A stretch of DNA of 64,000 nucleotides, taken from positions 18,712,471 to 18,776,470 of the forward strand of contig CM119269.1 in NCBI GenBank assembly GCA_051294375.1, written 5' to 3'. Of the stretch, positions 23,987-37,422 are shown piece after piece. Numbering within the stretch: position 1 is the stretch's first letter; each line of letters opens with the position of its first letter. The DNA is from Paraspadella gotoi (taxonomy: Eukaryota > Animalia > Chaetognatha). A program made the position numbers and the translations under genes. A model generated the notes under the pieces. That model saw only the letters and a program-made list of their open reading frames with translations, was not told where the DNA came from and did not search any database.

Positions 23987-26900
23987 TTAATATTTGTGTA
24001 GCATTTCCGAGAAAAAATCTGTATTGAGTTTTACTACGGAAAAAATGGATTCGCTTTTGAAAAACAAAGGACATTTATTAAACGAAGAAAGAAATCCGGT
24101 GATCCGCAATTTACAAATAGTTATTTTGTAAATTATTTTGCTAATTTTAAAAATTGAAAACGAATCTATATTTGTTAATTTAATACCATTTTTACGTTCT
24201 TTAAGATTCCCTCTCAAATTGTCTTCAGTGAAGATTCCTGATGTAGGACTAAAGTGCTATTGTTACAATTCTTTAAAAAAAACAAACAAATATAAAAAAT
24301 TCAGTTAATGGATGAAGATTCGTCAAAGGCAGGCTTACAAAGCTAGTTTCTTTGCGAAGACAAAAATATATTGTGAGCTTTTAGTACCATGGAGAATTTT
24401 AAAATTCCAAAGTAATACGTGATTTTAAATTGAAGAGCCAATCCTGTGCGTAATGACTAATGTGCGTAAAAACAATTCATCTCTAACGTGAGAGATTGCA
24501 GTTAAATTGAGATGAGATCTCATCTCAGGGTTGAGCAACTAAATTCTTTTCAAAAGTCTGTTTAAGTGACACGTTTATTTCCTCACCATTGTCAAGGGAA
24601 CTATTACAGAGAGAGGTTCACGACTGATATCAAGGGTGTCCATTTCGATGACTCCCTTGGCCATCGTTTCGGCTTCCCTCGACCGTCTTCTTCGCGAAAC
24701 CGCTGCTGCTCCCGAAGACCGTTTCCAGGACGTTGACGCAGAACTCGCGTCGCTAGCCGATCGCTCATGTGACCGTCGATTTCGGGGCGAAGCACCACCG
24801 CTACGGGCCGACGTACGTTTACCCTATCAATCGGGATAGAGGTTAGCATTTTATTCATCAACTTAAAAAAAATTGACCAATTTTCGCTCCTGTGGGTGAC
24901 CCCCATGGAGGCCCAAATCTCGTCTGAGGGGTCAAATATCGAAATTCGCCTCGACAGGTCTATATGTTTCAACATATTTGGTCCAGTAGTTATTTCGGAA
25001 CCGATTCTCGGCTCGAAAAAACGGCGTATCATTTTTTAATATGAAGCCTTCTGTTTTTTTTTATCAGACCTGAGGGCGGCGATTTAGCGGCGCTGTGTCC
25101 CGCCTGAGGATCGTGACCAAGACGAACCTCGGATGTTCGGCGCAGCCTCTCCGTTTTAACCATGAAAACGAAAAGGTTTCGTTGTCGAGCGGCAACTCAG
25201 AATCGCTGTCCGACCGGAAGGAGGGGATTCTTGGAGAGCCACGGGAGTTCCTCCCGATCGGCGACTCTGGCAGACTGGAGGGACAAAGGTGATAAACCTG
25301 TGGATGGAACCAGGGTGGTAAATAAAATTAACAACTTAGTAGCTTTGTCTGTAAAGTTGTGTAGTTAGTGAGTCCTCACCTTGGTCAATCGCATGATATT
25401 GTAGTGAATACTTTCCATCGGAGAGGCTTCGAACTTGAAAAATATTTCCATATGTTTTTCAAGTCGTGCGACGTTGGAAGCATCGACGACAGAACGAGTC
25501 TTCCTCTGGCGGGAGGAAGATTCGACCAGGGTTGCGTGAAGTACTGGGGAGAGGCGAAGCGAGGTGGCGTTCAGCGAGAGTTGATCCTCACTGCCGTAAA
25601 AAATACGAAGGAAAAACAATTAATTATTTTTTAATTAAAAATAGTTAATAATTAAGAACGTCCCAAGCGTAGGAAATAAATAAATCTATCTTGTCGATGG
25701 AGTTAAGTAGTTTTGGCCATAAAGATTCCCTTAGTAAGACAGATGAGATCTTGGTCTTTGTCCAACTCTAAATTACATCGACCAATTAGATAGGCTTACC
25801 CGCACAAAACAATAGACACTTCCAACTCGCCAAAAGTTGGCGACTTCTTGACTCTACTCCCACGAGCAATATCCGTGAACGTTTCGCTATGAAACAAAGC
25901 GGAGACTCTTTCCTCGTAAATAGTATCCAAGCAGTTGCAAACTCGCACCCCAACCTCCTGCGAAACGTTAGAATTCGCCATAACGAATTCCGCATCCGTT
26001 ACGCGACTCGTTTTGTCGTCCACAGCGTTTTTTCCATCGTTGATTTCGTTCAATGTCGTCTTTTTGTTTGTCATAAATTCGTTTTCCCGAGCGCCGCCGG
26101 AGCTTTTCCGCCTCGCTTCTTTCCAATGATTAGCCCTTTTTTTTTCATCCGATATTCTCTCTTCTCGCACTTTGCTTTTAGCCTCCGGCATTTGACTGAT
26201 GGATTGTTTTTGCTCTTTCAGCTCTGAAAAAAGCGAGGGGGAAAGAGGAAAGAGAATCTGAAGCGTTGTTTTTGGTTGGAAGCCAATATATAGATACAAG
26301 GCTTCTATAAAAAAAATGTCGATAAATTGAGAAAGTTATCCCAACAGTCATGGCTAAGAGAAAAAAAAAACAAAACAAAAAAAAAAAAACCAGAAGCGTT
26401 CTTTCAGTAAGGCTATGAGTATTTTCCGTATGTATCTATTTCTAACCGGCAATGTTAATGTAGTTTTCGGAATTGGGCGACAGTTCATCCTTGTTTGACT
26501 TTTTGCTCCCAGTCGTCAAAGTTTCGAGTTGCTCTTTTGAAATTGTCACTTTTTGTGCCATCAGCGTATCTTCACTGGGGTGGGTGGAGTCTCTTCGTAC
26601 TCTCCCGGGGAAAATTTCGTTCGGCTTGTTCAGAACCGGAACGGAAAGCGCTAACTCGTAAATGTTTTCGTAGGACGAAACAGTGGAGGCGGAGCGGTTT
26701 TGAGCGCTGGATATCCGGGCCGACTCTCGGTTGCCGATTCTAAAAATGGCCAGGATATTTATTGACCACTTTGGAGATGATCTTACTGGAATATAATACA
26801 TATTGTTTTCATACCTAGTTGGCAAAGTTTTGTACTCTCGAAAATTAGTTTCATCCGGATTGAAGTAAAAGTAGGGCGATGACCTGATCGATTCAAGAAG

Positions 26901-29900
26901 CTTTGATTCAACGGATCCGTCGGGTTTCGTTGTGGCGCAGGAAGCTATTCTCAGAACCGTCGGCACACCTCCCGCTATCGTCGTCAAACTCAAAGACTCT
27001 GTTGTCATTTGCGAGAGATCGGAGAAAGTTTGGGCAGCGGCGTCTGTCACCGTGGTCGATTGAGTTGCGCATGAAATTTCAATTTCACCACTGCAAGACT
27101 CTGGTTTTTCTGTTTTTAAAATATAAATATCCAATAATTTTAGGAACACAGCGCTTAAATGTCGTACTTGGTCATATGGTTATGGAAAAATTAATAAAAA
27201 AAAAAGTTAAAATCTTAATAGACCTTTTTCATAAAACAGTGATCCAACAGAGTCGTTTCCTGTCAAAGTCTGATAAGCGGGATCGCAACGCAACGCGTCG
27301 TAATGGTGGAATCTCCCGTTGGCGTCCACCACGAATTCCACAGTATCTCGCGAAGGCTGACAAGGTTTACAAAATTTAAGCTTTTTTATTGTTGCCTCTC
27401 ATTCTTTAATGAATAATCGAAATTAAAATTATCCTTTCAGAATTTTGAAACTTTCAGTCCTGGTCAACTTTTTCGTGTTTTCATCATCTTTCATCTCGAT
27501 AGCGGTAGCAGACCAAATTTAAATTTTAATGGGAACAGCATTAAACGAATCCATTATTAGTATTAGTTACAGAAGGCTTCATATTATAAAATGTGGTACC
27601 CCTTTTTTGTGACCAGAATCTGTTCCCACCAAACTAGCCGATCGAATTTAATAAATTTTGATATTCAACCCCTGACAAGAGATACAGGGCCCTGGGGGTG
27701 GACCCCTGGGGGGCCAAAAAATGCTAAAATTTTTTTTTTCATTTTTCAAAATTGTTTAGTAGCATCAGGTGCATTGACGTTTTAAACATAAGAAAAAACA
27801 TTTTAGAACTAAAATTGATAAATTTGCAATAATTAAGCATGGTTGAAGATGCATGGTTCATCGTTTTACTTACAATTTTCCCAAATGATTCCAAATCTGA
27901 CTTTAACTGCTGATGTTCATGAAGTTAAAAATTAAGGTAAATGAATATTTTTGAGGTAATAAATACGTTTTATTGGAAGAGTAAAACGTCTGTACAACTG
28001 TTCAAAACAAAAATAATAAAAATAAAAATAAAAATTTTTGACCATTTTTTGCCCCCGTGGGTGACCCCCCGGGGGGCCCATATCTCGACTCAGCGGTCAA
28101 ATATTGAAATTCGCCTCGATAGTTCTATTTGTATTCACATAGGGATCGTTCATTCCAAATTTCAATAAATTTAGAAGTTTTCTCGGAACGAGTTCTGGTC
28201 ACAAAAAAAGGGTACCTCATTTTATATTATGAAGCCTTCTGTATTGTGTTAAAATATTTTTTTGCAAAAATGTTCCGAACCATAAGTAATTCGTTAATTA
28301 AAATTATTGCTATATAACGTCAAAATTTTTTTGGGAATATTTTAAGTTTTTTTATTTGATTCTGATAGAGCTAATAATTTGCAAAAACTATTAAAATTAT
28401 CGGATGATGAGGATGAGGATGATTTTTTTAGGTTTTTCCCAATTTTGACCCACTTATCATCAATATATTGAAAAAAGAATTATACTTTGTGTAGACAACT
28501 TTTATAAGCTATCTGAATCTGCTTTTAAAAATACAAAATTAAAAAAAAAATTTTTGACATTTCTTATCTATAAATAAATATTAAAAAAATTAATTACTAG
28601 TGCTTCTAGCCATTTCAGAAAATTTTGGTCCCAAATCAAACTTCTGACTCACCCCATTGACAAAGTTTGGCCCTAATCTCGATGCTATTTTTTCGCGAGG
28701 AAAATGGAACCTTCTCCACCTCCGTTTTCGCGTGTCTAATAGAATCCGATTCTCTTGGAAATCCTTTTTCTCAAGACAGTTTTTTTTCTCGGCGGAATGT
28801 TCGCCAAAAACGAGAGCGGGGCACACGCTCTTAGTTACCGGCAAATAACTGGCGGAATTCTTGTTTATTCCGATCCAAATGAAGTTAGAGATCATATGTA
28901 AGGAATCGAAACATTACAAAAATATTGAGTGCAAAATATAGAATAAGAAAAAATATGGAGACAAAAAGAGGAACCGGAGATCACCGCGACATGCTCACCC
29001 ACGAAGAGAACTCTCCTCAACGATCGGAGGAGGCTGCATTTTATGAAAAACCAGCTTGGATGCTGGACGCGCCCGTGGTCAGGTATATCGAAATTTGACG
29101 TCATTTATAATTTATAATTATAATTTATAAGCCGTATAAGGGTTACTTTCGCCGACCGGGGTTAGGGTTGGGCATGGGTTAGGGGTGGTTTAGGGTTAGG
29201 GGTGGTTAGTAAGACGTAGTGAAAGTTACATACGAAAATTCTAAAAGTCAATTATGAACAACATACCATCAGTGAACATTAATTTGTAAAAAAAAAATAA
29301 TTTTGTTTTTTAATTTTCGCAGTAGGCTATATTTATATATAGTACTATCCTTATAAAATCCAAAAAATTTAAAATAGGCTTTTCTTAATTTTGATTGCAG
29401 ATTTGAATTCCTCGTCAAAAGTTGATAAAAAAATATAAATCATTTTTAAAAATTCTTTCATTAAGTGGGTTAAAAATTAAACTATATTTAATATATAAAA
29501 AGTTAATTTTCAGTTTAAAATATAGCTTTTTTTAATTTTTGACCCACTTAATGAAGGAATTTTTCTTTTTATCAATTTTTTATGACGAATCCAAATCTGC
29601 AAAAAAATCTTTAAAAAAACTGTTTTGAAATTTTATCATTTATTGGTTTAGTACTAGTATAAATATGGCCTACTGCGTAATTGTAAAATTTATTATAAAA
29701 TTTTTTATTACATAAATGTTCATAAGTATAATGTTGTTCGTTTTTCACTTTTAGAATTTTAATAAAAGTTAAACTTAGGAATTTTACTACGCCTTAGTGG
29801 TTAGGGTTAAAAGGGTTAGTGTAATTAGGTAATATTTTTTAAAAATTTTTTTAAAAAGTATTTTTAAATGGTTTTTCAAAAGCCGCCAAAACCGTGGTCG

Positions 29901-32900
29901 TCGAAAGTAAAATTTAGCCCATTATAAATTAATAAAACGACTCATAATTAATTACCCCGGTAGGTCGAACGCCCCTCTACTCTCAAACCTTCCCCCGTAC
30001 ATCGTCCACAACACTCACACTCCTTCCCTCGCGTCGTATACCGTCAAGCCGGCTCCCTATTCCGAAGATGGTCTCTCTGTTTTTCATCGCGATGGACACC
30101 TTGTCGGGTAAACCCAGTCAGGGTTAGCATTAAAAAACCCACCCAAAAAAAAACCCTATAAAAGCAGCTAGAAAAAAAAAAACAAAAAAAAAAAACCTAA
30201 AGTGTTTTTTTTTTTTTAAATTACTTAATTTTTTAATGTGAAACATTAAATTAATATATTTTTTATTGATAAAAAATAATCCTAAACCAATGTTTTACAT
30301 TTTTTCACTTTCGTGCTGACTTATTTTTGTGAAATCCTTTCTTTCGTTGTGTTTTGTATTGAGAAATAGTTTGAATAGGAAGTAAGGTAGTGTACATATT
30401 TGCGGTTCTGGCTTCTGTACCATTTTCCTTATATTAAGTAATCGTGAATCGCAAATTAAGTTAAGAGCTGCACATTAGAAATGATTGCTATTCTCTCATT
30501 ATTATTTAACACAATTCTAGGCTTCTTTTAAAGTTATGTATCAGAAAAAATTCAACTTCAATATAATTATGTTTGAATATTTGGAACAAGTTAAAGAATT
30601 TGTTTAAGATTAATAATAACTTCTGAAGAGACAGTAATTATTGTTATGTGTTAGTGACAGAACCGTTCAATATAAGCAGTCCCTGAGCTTCGGATCATGT
30701 GTTAAGCGGGTTAAGCGCCCCGTCCCTCTTAACTGCTAGGCGGCCACCGGGCTAGAAGTAGAACCCCGGACCTTTGGGTTGGGAGGCGAATGACTTGCCT
30801 CCGGCACCAATGGCCGCTGATGAATGGTTGGTGGATTTTAGTCCACCATACTTCTATTATAAAAAGAATCTATTCATAATTTCATATAATTAGGCAACTT
30901 GCCCCTGACTCTGGACAGGCTATTTTGGCATAAGGTCTCCTCCCTCTAAAAAGACTATTTTAAATTTAAACTAAAAAAAATAAATTATACTATTCTTAGC
31001 TTAATTAAATATTTTGATATTTTATTAAATTAACTCAAATGTTTTATCTGAACATCAAAATTTATTTTTAGCCCAAAAGACAACTTAGTGCAGCAAAAAT
31101 GTTCTAAAGATGCTCTTTGACTTTTAATGTATTATTTAGTATTTAATTACTATTTTTTAATAAAATTAAGTTTTTTCACTTTTTTCATAATGTGTTTTAT
31201 TCAGAAAATATAATATTTATATTTATTACATTTCTGTTTACCATAAAAATATTCATTAATTAATACTATTATTAAATATAATATTATATATAATATGACA
31301 GTCTGCTTGCTTAAATTTAAAAAAAAATCCAATAAAACACAATAAAACCCCCTCCAAAAAAACAAAAAAACTGGCTGGGTTTTTTGCCAATCTCGAGTCA
31401 AGTTACATTTTTGGTTGAAATTTACGGGCTAAACCATTTGAGATTGTTGAATAAAAAGTTTGTCGTGCAGTACGACATTCTTTTATTGTAGCGGCATTCC
31501 TGGAGATTTTGCTAATCATATCGGAGAATACTTTGTATTGGAACTACAGTCAAATTTGTTTAAGGGTTAGGGGTTCTTGAACCTCCAAATTTAAGCAAAC
31601 TCTTCTGCAGGGACAAGACGGCCGCTATTGTGGAAGCATTGAAGCCGGGTCAAAAACGAAACGGCGTCCGTCCTAGCGGAACTGATTCGCGGCTTCTCTC
31701 GAGGGACGAGGATCCCTTGTGGAACTTTAAGCGCCGGACGGCCATTCGAGGTCCAGAGGGCGAATTGGAGACGGAGTTTCGATCTCGTGGAGGCGGAGAA
31801 GGTAAGGATAAATATTTAGCACTTAACGCATGGGGCTTTTTTCTATTCTAATTGACTAATATATTATGCTAATATCCTTGTTTTCCCATTTTGTTGGAGC
31901 AGATGAAACCGTCGCTCCTAACCGCTACACCCCCTCGGCCTCTCCTCCTATCCGAACACCGACCAAATCCGCCTACCAGGAACAGTGCGATCAGATTTGG
32001 CACCGTTCCGACCCCCGGCGGCGCAAACATCCCGGGTCTAGCCCCTCAGAATCAGAGGCGGCAGGAAAGTCCACGGCAAACTCGGTCGGCTTCGACCCTT
32101 TGACCGGGCTAGACGTAGGTCGGACCTATTCTAGTCTAATTGGGAAAGGCGGCGGTGGTAGGAGATCGGGCGGGGTCAGGGAAGAAGCTCGTCGATGGCG
32201 CGAGATCGAGGAGGCTCGTCCTTCTCATTTCCCGCCATGGGCGACGTACGATGGGAATGAAGAAGCCTCCCCGATGGCGTGCGGGTAAAAGAGGGGGAAG
32301 ATGGTCGTAAAGGGTCCGTAGCTCCTTTGCGCTTTGAAGGATGGGAGACTAGCAAGTCGTTTAAATTATTTGCTTCGTATATAAAAGTTGGCTTATGTCA
32401 AACGTGACATTTATTTTAGTAACAAAGTATAGTCTTATTATGATAATAAACTTTTTTTATTTTAAACTAATTAATCTACTGTTATATAGCCTTAGATGAA
32501 AAATTAGGATGGGGAAATAGATAAGCTAGAAGAAAAAACGCAAAGCATTATTTTTCTTAGGTGACGGCTAATAGTATTAGTAATTATGTAATATTAATAC
32601 TAGTTATATGATTTGTGAAATACTCACCGTGAGATAACCAGCATTTGAAAGGCTCTCCGTGGGCTTTGCCGCTCTATTTTTAGTTTCAGGCATGTTATTG
32701 TTTTGTTCTGGTAGTTCCGTTTGCAATACCAAAGTTCGATGCTCACCAGGAATCCTGAGTTTGGGAAAATATTTTCTTCATGAAATGATGTATCCAATTG
32801 TTCTATGTGATCTGAAAGAGCGAAACCCTCACCTTGTTTGCCTGGATGAAACGCCTCTGCAACAGCATAACCTTATTAGCGCTACCGATATTAAAGCGAA

Positions 32901-32939
32901 AGCCAAGATACTGGTAGCAAAGAGTAAAAAGTATTCCAT
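23987..32939 (-). CDS. Single-pass membrane protein with N-terminal TM + CCC, long low-complexity linker and degenerate C2-like domain (synaptotagmin-like architecture); exons 32939-32833, 32754-32628, 28859-28653, 27380-27224, 27100-26447, 26223-25800, 25590-25380, 25297-25070, 24823-24587, 24256-? (3' end uncertain)
   Basis: Ten consecutive exons join in frame at GT-AG sites. Starts MEYFLLFATSILAFALISVALIRLCCCR. C2-like segments: FGELEVSIVLCGEDQLSL, NETFSFSW...VLVTILRRD, KGVIEMDTLDISREPLSVIVPLT. Confidence 0.65.
27570..28241. mobile_element. Tc1/mariner-type MITE
   Basis: ~50-bp TIR cagaaggcttcatattataaaatgtggtaccc..., flanked by TA on both sides. Confidence 0.8.
28955..32288 (+). CDS. Uncharacterised ~282-aa protein nested antisense in intron 2 of the C2-like gene; exons 28955-29082, 29964-30107, 31611-31801, 31903-32288
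   Basis: Four GC-rich exons with GT-AG junctions and matching phases (2,2,1), METKRGTGD...EEASPMACG*. No domain recognised. Confidence 0.6.
29210..29796. mobile_element. hAT-type palindromic MITE
   Basis: TIR taagacgtagt/actacgcctta; 8-bp TSD gtggttag at 29202-29209 and 29797-29804; long internal inverted symmetry. Confidence 0.7.
30624..30850 (-). mobile_element. Solo LTR of the TRIM-like family
   Basis: tgaagagacag...gtccaccata with TSD cttc at 30620-30623 and 30851-30854; small internal deletion. Confidence 0.85.
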
Positions 32940-33006
32940 TTTTGGCACGGTCTGTATAGTACAGTAAACTTAAGCGTTGTGAAAGTTGCAGATCAAAATT
33001 CGAATA

Positions 33007-33733
33007 CAGAAGGCTTTATATTATAAAATGTGGTACCCCTTTTTTGTGACCAGAACACGTTCCGAAAAAACTACTGGACCAAATTTATTGAAATTTAGTA
33101 TGAACGATCCCTATGTGAATATAAATAGAACTATCGAGGCGAATTTCAATATTTGACCCCTGGGCCGAGATATGGGGCCCCAGAAGGGTCACCTTTAGGG
33201 GCAATAAATGGTTAAAATTTTTTAAAAATTTTTTTCATTATTTTTGTTTTGAACAGTTGCATAGACGTTTACCTTTCCACAAAAACGTATTAATTACCAC
33301 AGAAATATTAGTTTACCTTAATTTTCAGCTTCATGAACATCAGCAGTTCAAGTCAGTTTGGGAATAATTTAGGCAAATTGGAAGTTAAATGATGAACTAT
33401 GCATCTTCAAACTATGCTTAATTATTAAAAATTTTTCAATTTTACTTTTAAAATGTTTTTTTTATATGTTTAAAAGGTCAATGCACCTGATGCCACTAAA
33501 AATTTTTAAAAAATAAAAAAAAATTTAGGTTTTTTTTGCCCCCCAGGGGTCCACCCCCAGGGCCCTGTATCTCTTGTCAGGGTTTGAATATTAAAATTCG
33601 CCTCGATAGTTCCATTTATATCGTCATTAAGACTCGAAATGTAAAATTTCATGAAATTCGATCAGGTAGTTTGGTAGGAACATATTCTGGTCACAAAAAA
33701 GGGGTACCACATTTTATAATATGAAGCCTTCTG
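33007..33733. mobile_element. Tc1/mariner-type MITE, second copy in opposite orientation (partial third copy ~24880-25053)
   Basis: Same TIRs, TA flanks and internal homology. Confidence 0.8.
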
Positions 33734-35379
33734 TAATTAATCATAAATAATCTTGTAATATAAAATATTTATTTTTGTAAAAACAATTTTTGATTTCTTG
33801 ATTTTTGCAGTAGCCTATATTTATATAAAATTTTAAAATTTAAAAAAAAAATTTAGTTTTAAAAGCAGATTCGAATTATAAAAGTTTATAAAAAATATAT
33901 GTCTTAAACTTTCATGAAGTAATATATTTGTTGTATTAAAATTTTAAATTTTTTTTATTGTTTATTAAAATTTAATAATGTTAATTTTATCAGTTTTTAG
34001 GATTTTAACCCATTTAATAAAATAATTTTTTAAAAATAGTTTTTTCTATCAAATTTTCGTAAGAAATAAAATCTGCTTTCCAAACAAACAAAAATTTTTT
34101 AAAAATTTCTTATGGTAAGTTTTTTGTATAGATATACTATTTATTCCTATTCTTAAAAACCTTTTTAATAATATAACATACAATTAGGGAATGTTAACAT
34201 ATTTTAGTAGTGGTTTTAAGCTGAAGTCCGGCGTAGAGAAAATTCAACCAACGTTGCATTCTTCTCGGTACCGTAGGGTATTGTGCGAATAGGAAAAAAA
34301 TTAAACTTATATCAAAAAGAAAAAATATAAGTGATTATTATTATATGATGGAGGTCTTCAACCACCAAAGCCTGTCCAAAGTCAGGGGCAAGATAGCTTA
34401 TTTATTAAATGAATGGATAATTTTTATATTGGTTGTACCAATTTCATATTATAAAATAAAATTCGTTAATTTTTTGCCATTGAAATCTAATGGTAAATTC
34501 TAAAATCACCACCCGATAGGCTTCTGCAAATATAGAATTTCGTTCACCCCAATCTTCTAAACCATAAACCACTGCGCACCATCTATTGTATTGCTGCTAG
34601 TGTTTCCCTTACTGATTGAACCAGTATGATTAACTATTAAGCTTAAAATGTTCATCGTTTAGACCCTCGGCTTGGTTTTTTATTTCTTTTTCATCTGGTC
34701 AACGTAGTACCTATTATCAAACAAAAAATAAGAAATATACAAATACAGATAAGTAATGCCATCAATTAATAAAAAGTGTTTTGAAAAAATTTCCTGTGTT
34801 TAGCCAAATTTTCTGAGTGAGTGAATAATTCGGGATTCGCAAAAAAGTGTTTATTATAAAAAGGTTTCGTCGCTGTGTTTGATCAGTAATAGCGTCGTCT
34901 AAATTCTATTTGTGGTAGGTTCAGCGAAGATGCCACGCGGTTTAGAAAGCTATAGAGAAAGCTTCAGCCGACCCAGCGGCCAGTTATGAAAAGAAGTTAG
35001 TGAGACAAGCTCCGTCGCTCATCGCTGCTCGCGTACCGCGGGACGCGCGTTCACGAGGCAGCAAGTCACGTGACAAAAAGGAGAGAAGGAGCGGCGACTC
35101 TTCCGTCTTGTTCATCGCCGCCGAACCGGAAACAAAACAGGACCGATATTTCTTGAGCTTTTGCTGTGGCTCCCACTCCGCGAAGGAGAGAAAGAGAGAA
35201 GGGTTATTGGTCTTAGCTAGTGGAACAAAAATATAAACATGCCACTTCTTTCTGACAGTACTGGCAGTAAAAAGATTCAAAAGAGAGATGAGACAAAAGC
35301 GGGGGCCTCTCGGTTAACTCGAAACGACTAAAATAACACTGATGACAACTGAAATTCGTAGAGTAAAGTTGGTGTTTTG

Positions 35380-35548
35380 CAACCAACCCACAGGTTCGGG
35401 GTTCTAGCACAGTGGTCGCCACGCAGTTAACAGGGACTGGGCGCTTAAACCGCCTGTAACTCTGTGTTACAGCCTTTTCCGAAGCTCAGGGACTGCTTAT
35501 ATTAAACGTTTCTGTCACTAACTCATAACAATTATTATGGTCTCTTCA
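35380..35548 (+). mobile_element. Diverged partial solo LTR of the same family
   Basis: ggttctagc...gggcgcttaaaccgcctgtaactctgtgttacagcc...ccgaagctcagggactgcttatat...tctcttca. Confidence 0.75.
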
Positions 35549-36052
35549 AAATCATATTTTCTGTATTTTTTCTGTTTCACTTTGGTCGATGAAGTAAAAA
35601 GTTAATTATGTCAATTAATGTTTTTAAATCCTGAAACGTAAAAAAGGTAAACGTAACTTGAGGGCTCTCGTCAGCCGACTTGCCATTTATAATCGTTATT
35701 TGGATTGGAAATAGCAATATTAAAATTTAAAAATATAAAAAAGCTCAATATTTACAAAGATAACAAAATATCTGTCCCACTTAAGTTAAAAATGCATATA
35801 ATTTGCCTATAGTTGCTCTTTTGTTAAGACAGAAAAAACCTTAACTATAAGGGACGAAAATATGTGGGCTAAGAAAGTAATTGTCGTCAGGTAGTAATGT
35901 TATGTCATGTCATATCAAGTCACGATAAATACTCAGTCACTGCGGCGCAACTTATTTGAATTACCGTTCTTGTTTTTTTTTAATCGAATTTTTAAAACGG
36001 ATGTAGAAAAAAAATAAAGGTTAGTAGTATGCAGTAGTACTATAAATTTTAA

Positions 36053-36229
36053 GGGTTAATTTTATTTTCTCTGACCGGGGTTAGGGAGGGGTTAGAGTTT
36101 AAGGATGGTTTAGGGTTATGAGTGTTTAGGGTTAGGGTAATAATTTTTTTATTTTTTTTATATGTAAATATTTTTAAATGGTTTTTCAAAAGACGCCAAA
36201 ATCGCGGTCAGCGAAAGAAAAGTTTAGCC
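36053..36229. mobile_element. Short TIR element carrying degenerate TTAGGG repeats (other copies 12075-12236, ~20395-20530, ~29138-29920, ~38360-38538)
   Basis: ~25-bp TIR gggttaattttattttc.../...gaaagtaaaatttagcc, internal gttaggg tract, and TSD aattttaa at 36045-36052 and 36230-36237. Confidence 0.65.
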
Positions 36230-37422
36230 AATTTTAAAAAATTTTAATGATAAATGGGTTAGAAATTAATAAAATTATTATAATATTAATAAAAAATTAT
36301 CATTATCATCATTATTTAAAAAAATTGACAGGTTTTTATTTTCATAGACAAATCATTAAAATTTCACAGATCAGTGGTTTGTTAATCCATTGAATTTTGT
36401 TTTCCCTCTAGTAGGGGGGCGAGTCAAAAATTTAGAGCGAGTACATACTCAAACGAAAATTTATAAGTATACTTTAAATGGACAAAAAAATTCTTATATG
36501 GCTCTATACCCTAGTAATTAATTTTGTAATATTTATTTATAAATAGGAAAGGCGAAAATTTTTTTGAGAAATTTTAAGTTTTAAGACCAGATTCAGATAA
36601 GAAGACGTAATAATTTTTAAAAGCTGTAATTATATTTCTTGTTTAACTTTTTAGCTCTATCAGAATCCATCAAAAAATTTTAAGATTATAAAAAAAATTG
36701 TTTGCTCTATATAGTAATATAATAATTTTAATTAGGCGAGTACCCTCAGAAAAAAAACATTTTTGACAAAAAATATTTTAACACTATAATCTATGCTCAT
36801 GATAGATTTTTTAACGCTGTATACATTAGCATTTAAATTTTATCGGCTATGGCTACCTCTAGCCTTGAATCTCAGTTCGCGTAATACTAGGGCGAGATGA
36901 CCAAATTCAAATTTTAATGGGAACAGCATTAAAGAAATATATTATTGGTATTAGTTTTACTTTTTTTAATTGATTCTGATAGAGCTTATAAAGTTAAACA
37001 AAAAATATAATTATAACTTTTTAAAATTTCGATGTTTTATTAGCAAAAATTTTAAATCATCTTAATTTTGACCTATTTATCATCAAAATATTAAAAAAAA
37101 ATTATACTTTGTATAGACAACTTTTTATAAGCTATCTGAATCTGTTTTTAAAAGTATAAAATTTTTTAAAAATTTTTTATCTATAAATAAATATTAAAAA
37201 AATAATTATTAATGTTTAAAGCTATTTTAATTTTATTTGAGAAGGTTCTCATTTCAAATTTCTGACCTACCCCATTGATATAGATTAGGCCTAGTAAAAC
37301 ATACTTTTTTAAATAGTAATACGATTGTTTTTAATTTTTTATTATTTTTATATTATATATTTTAAATGGTTAGCAATTGGGTTAAGAATGGTTAAGGATT
37401 AATCATGATTTTGGGTGGTCAG

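Noticed and set aside
35335-35375. ctgatga...gaaa minimal hammerhead
   Set aside because: No stem II and no stem I adjacent to a cleavage triplet.
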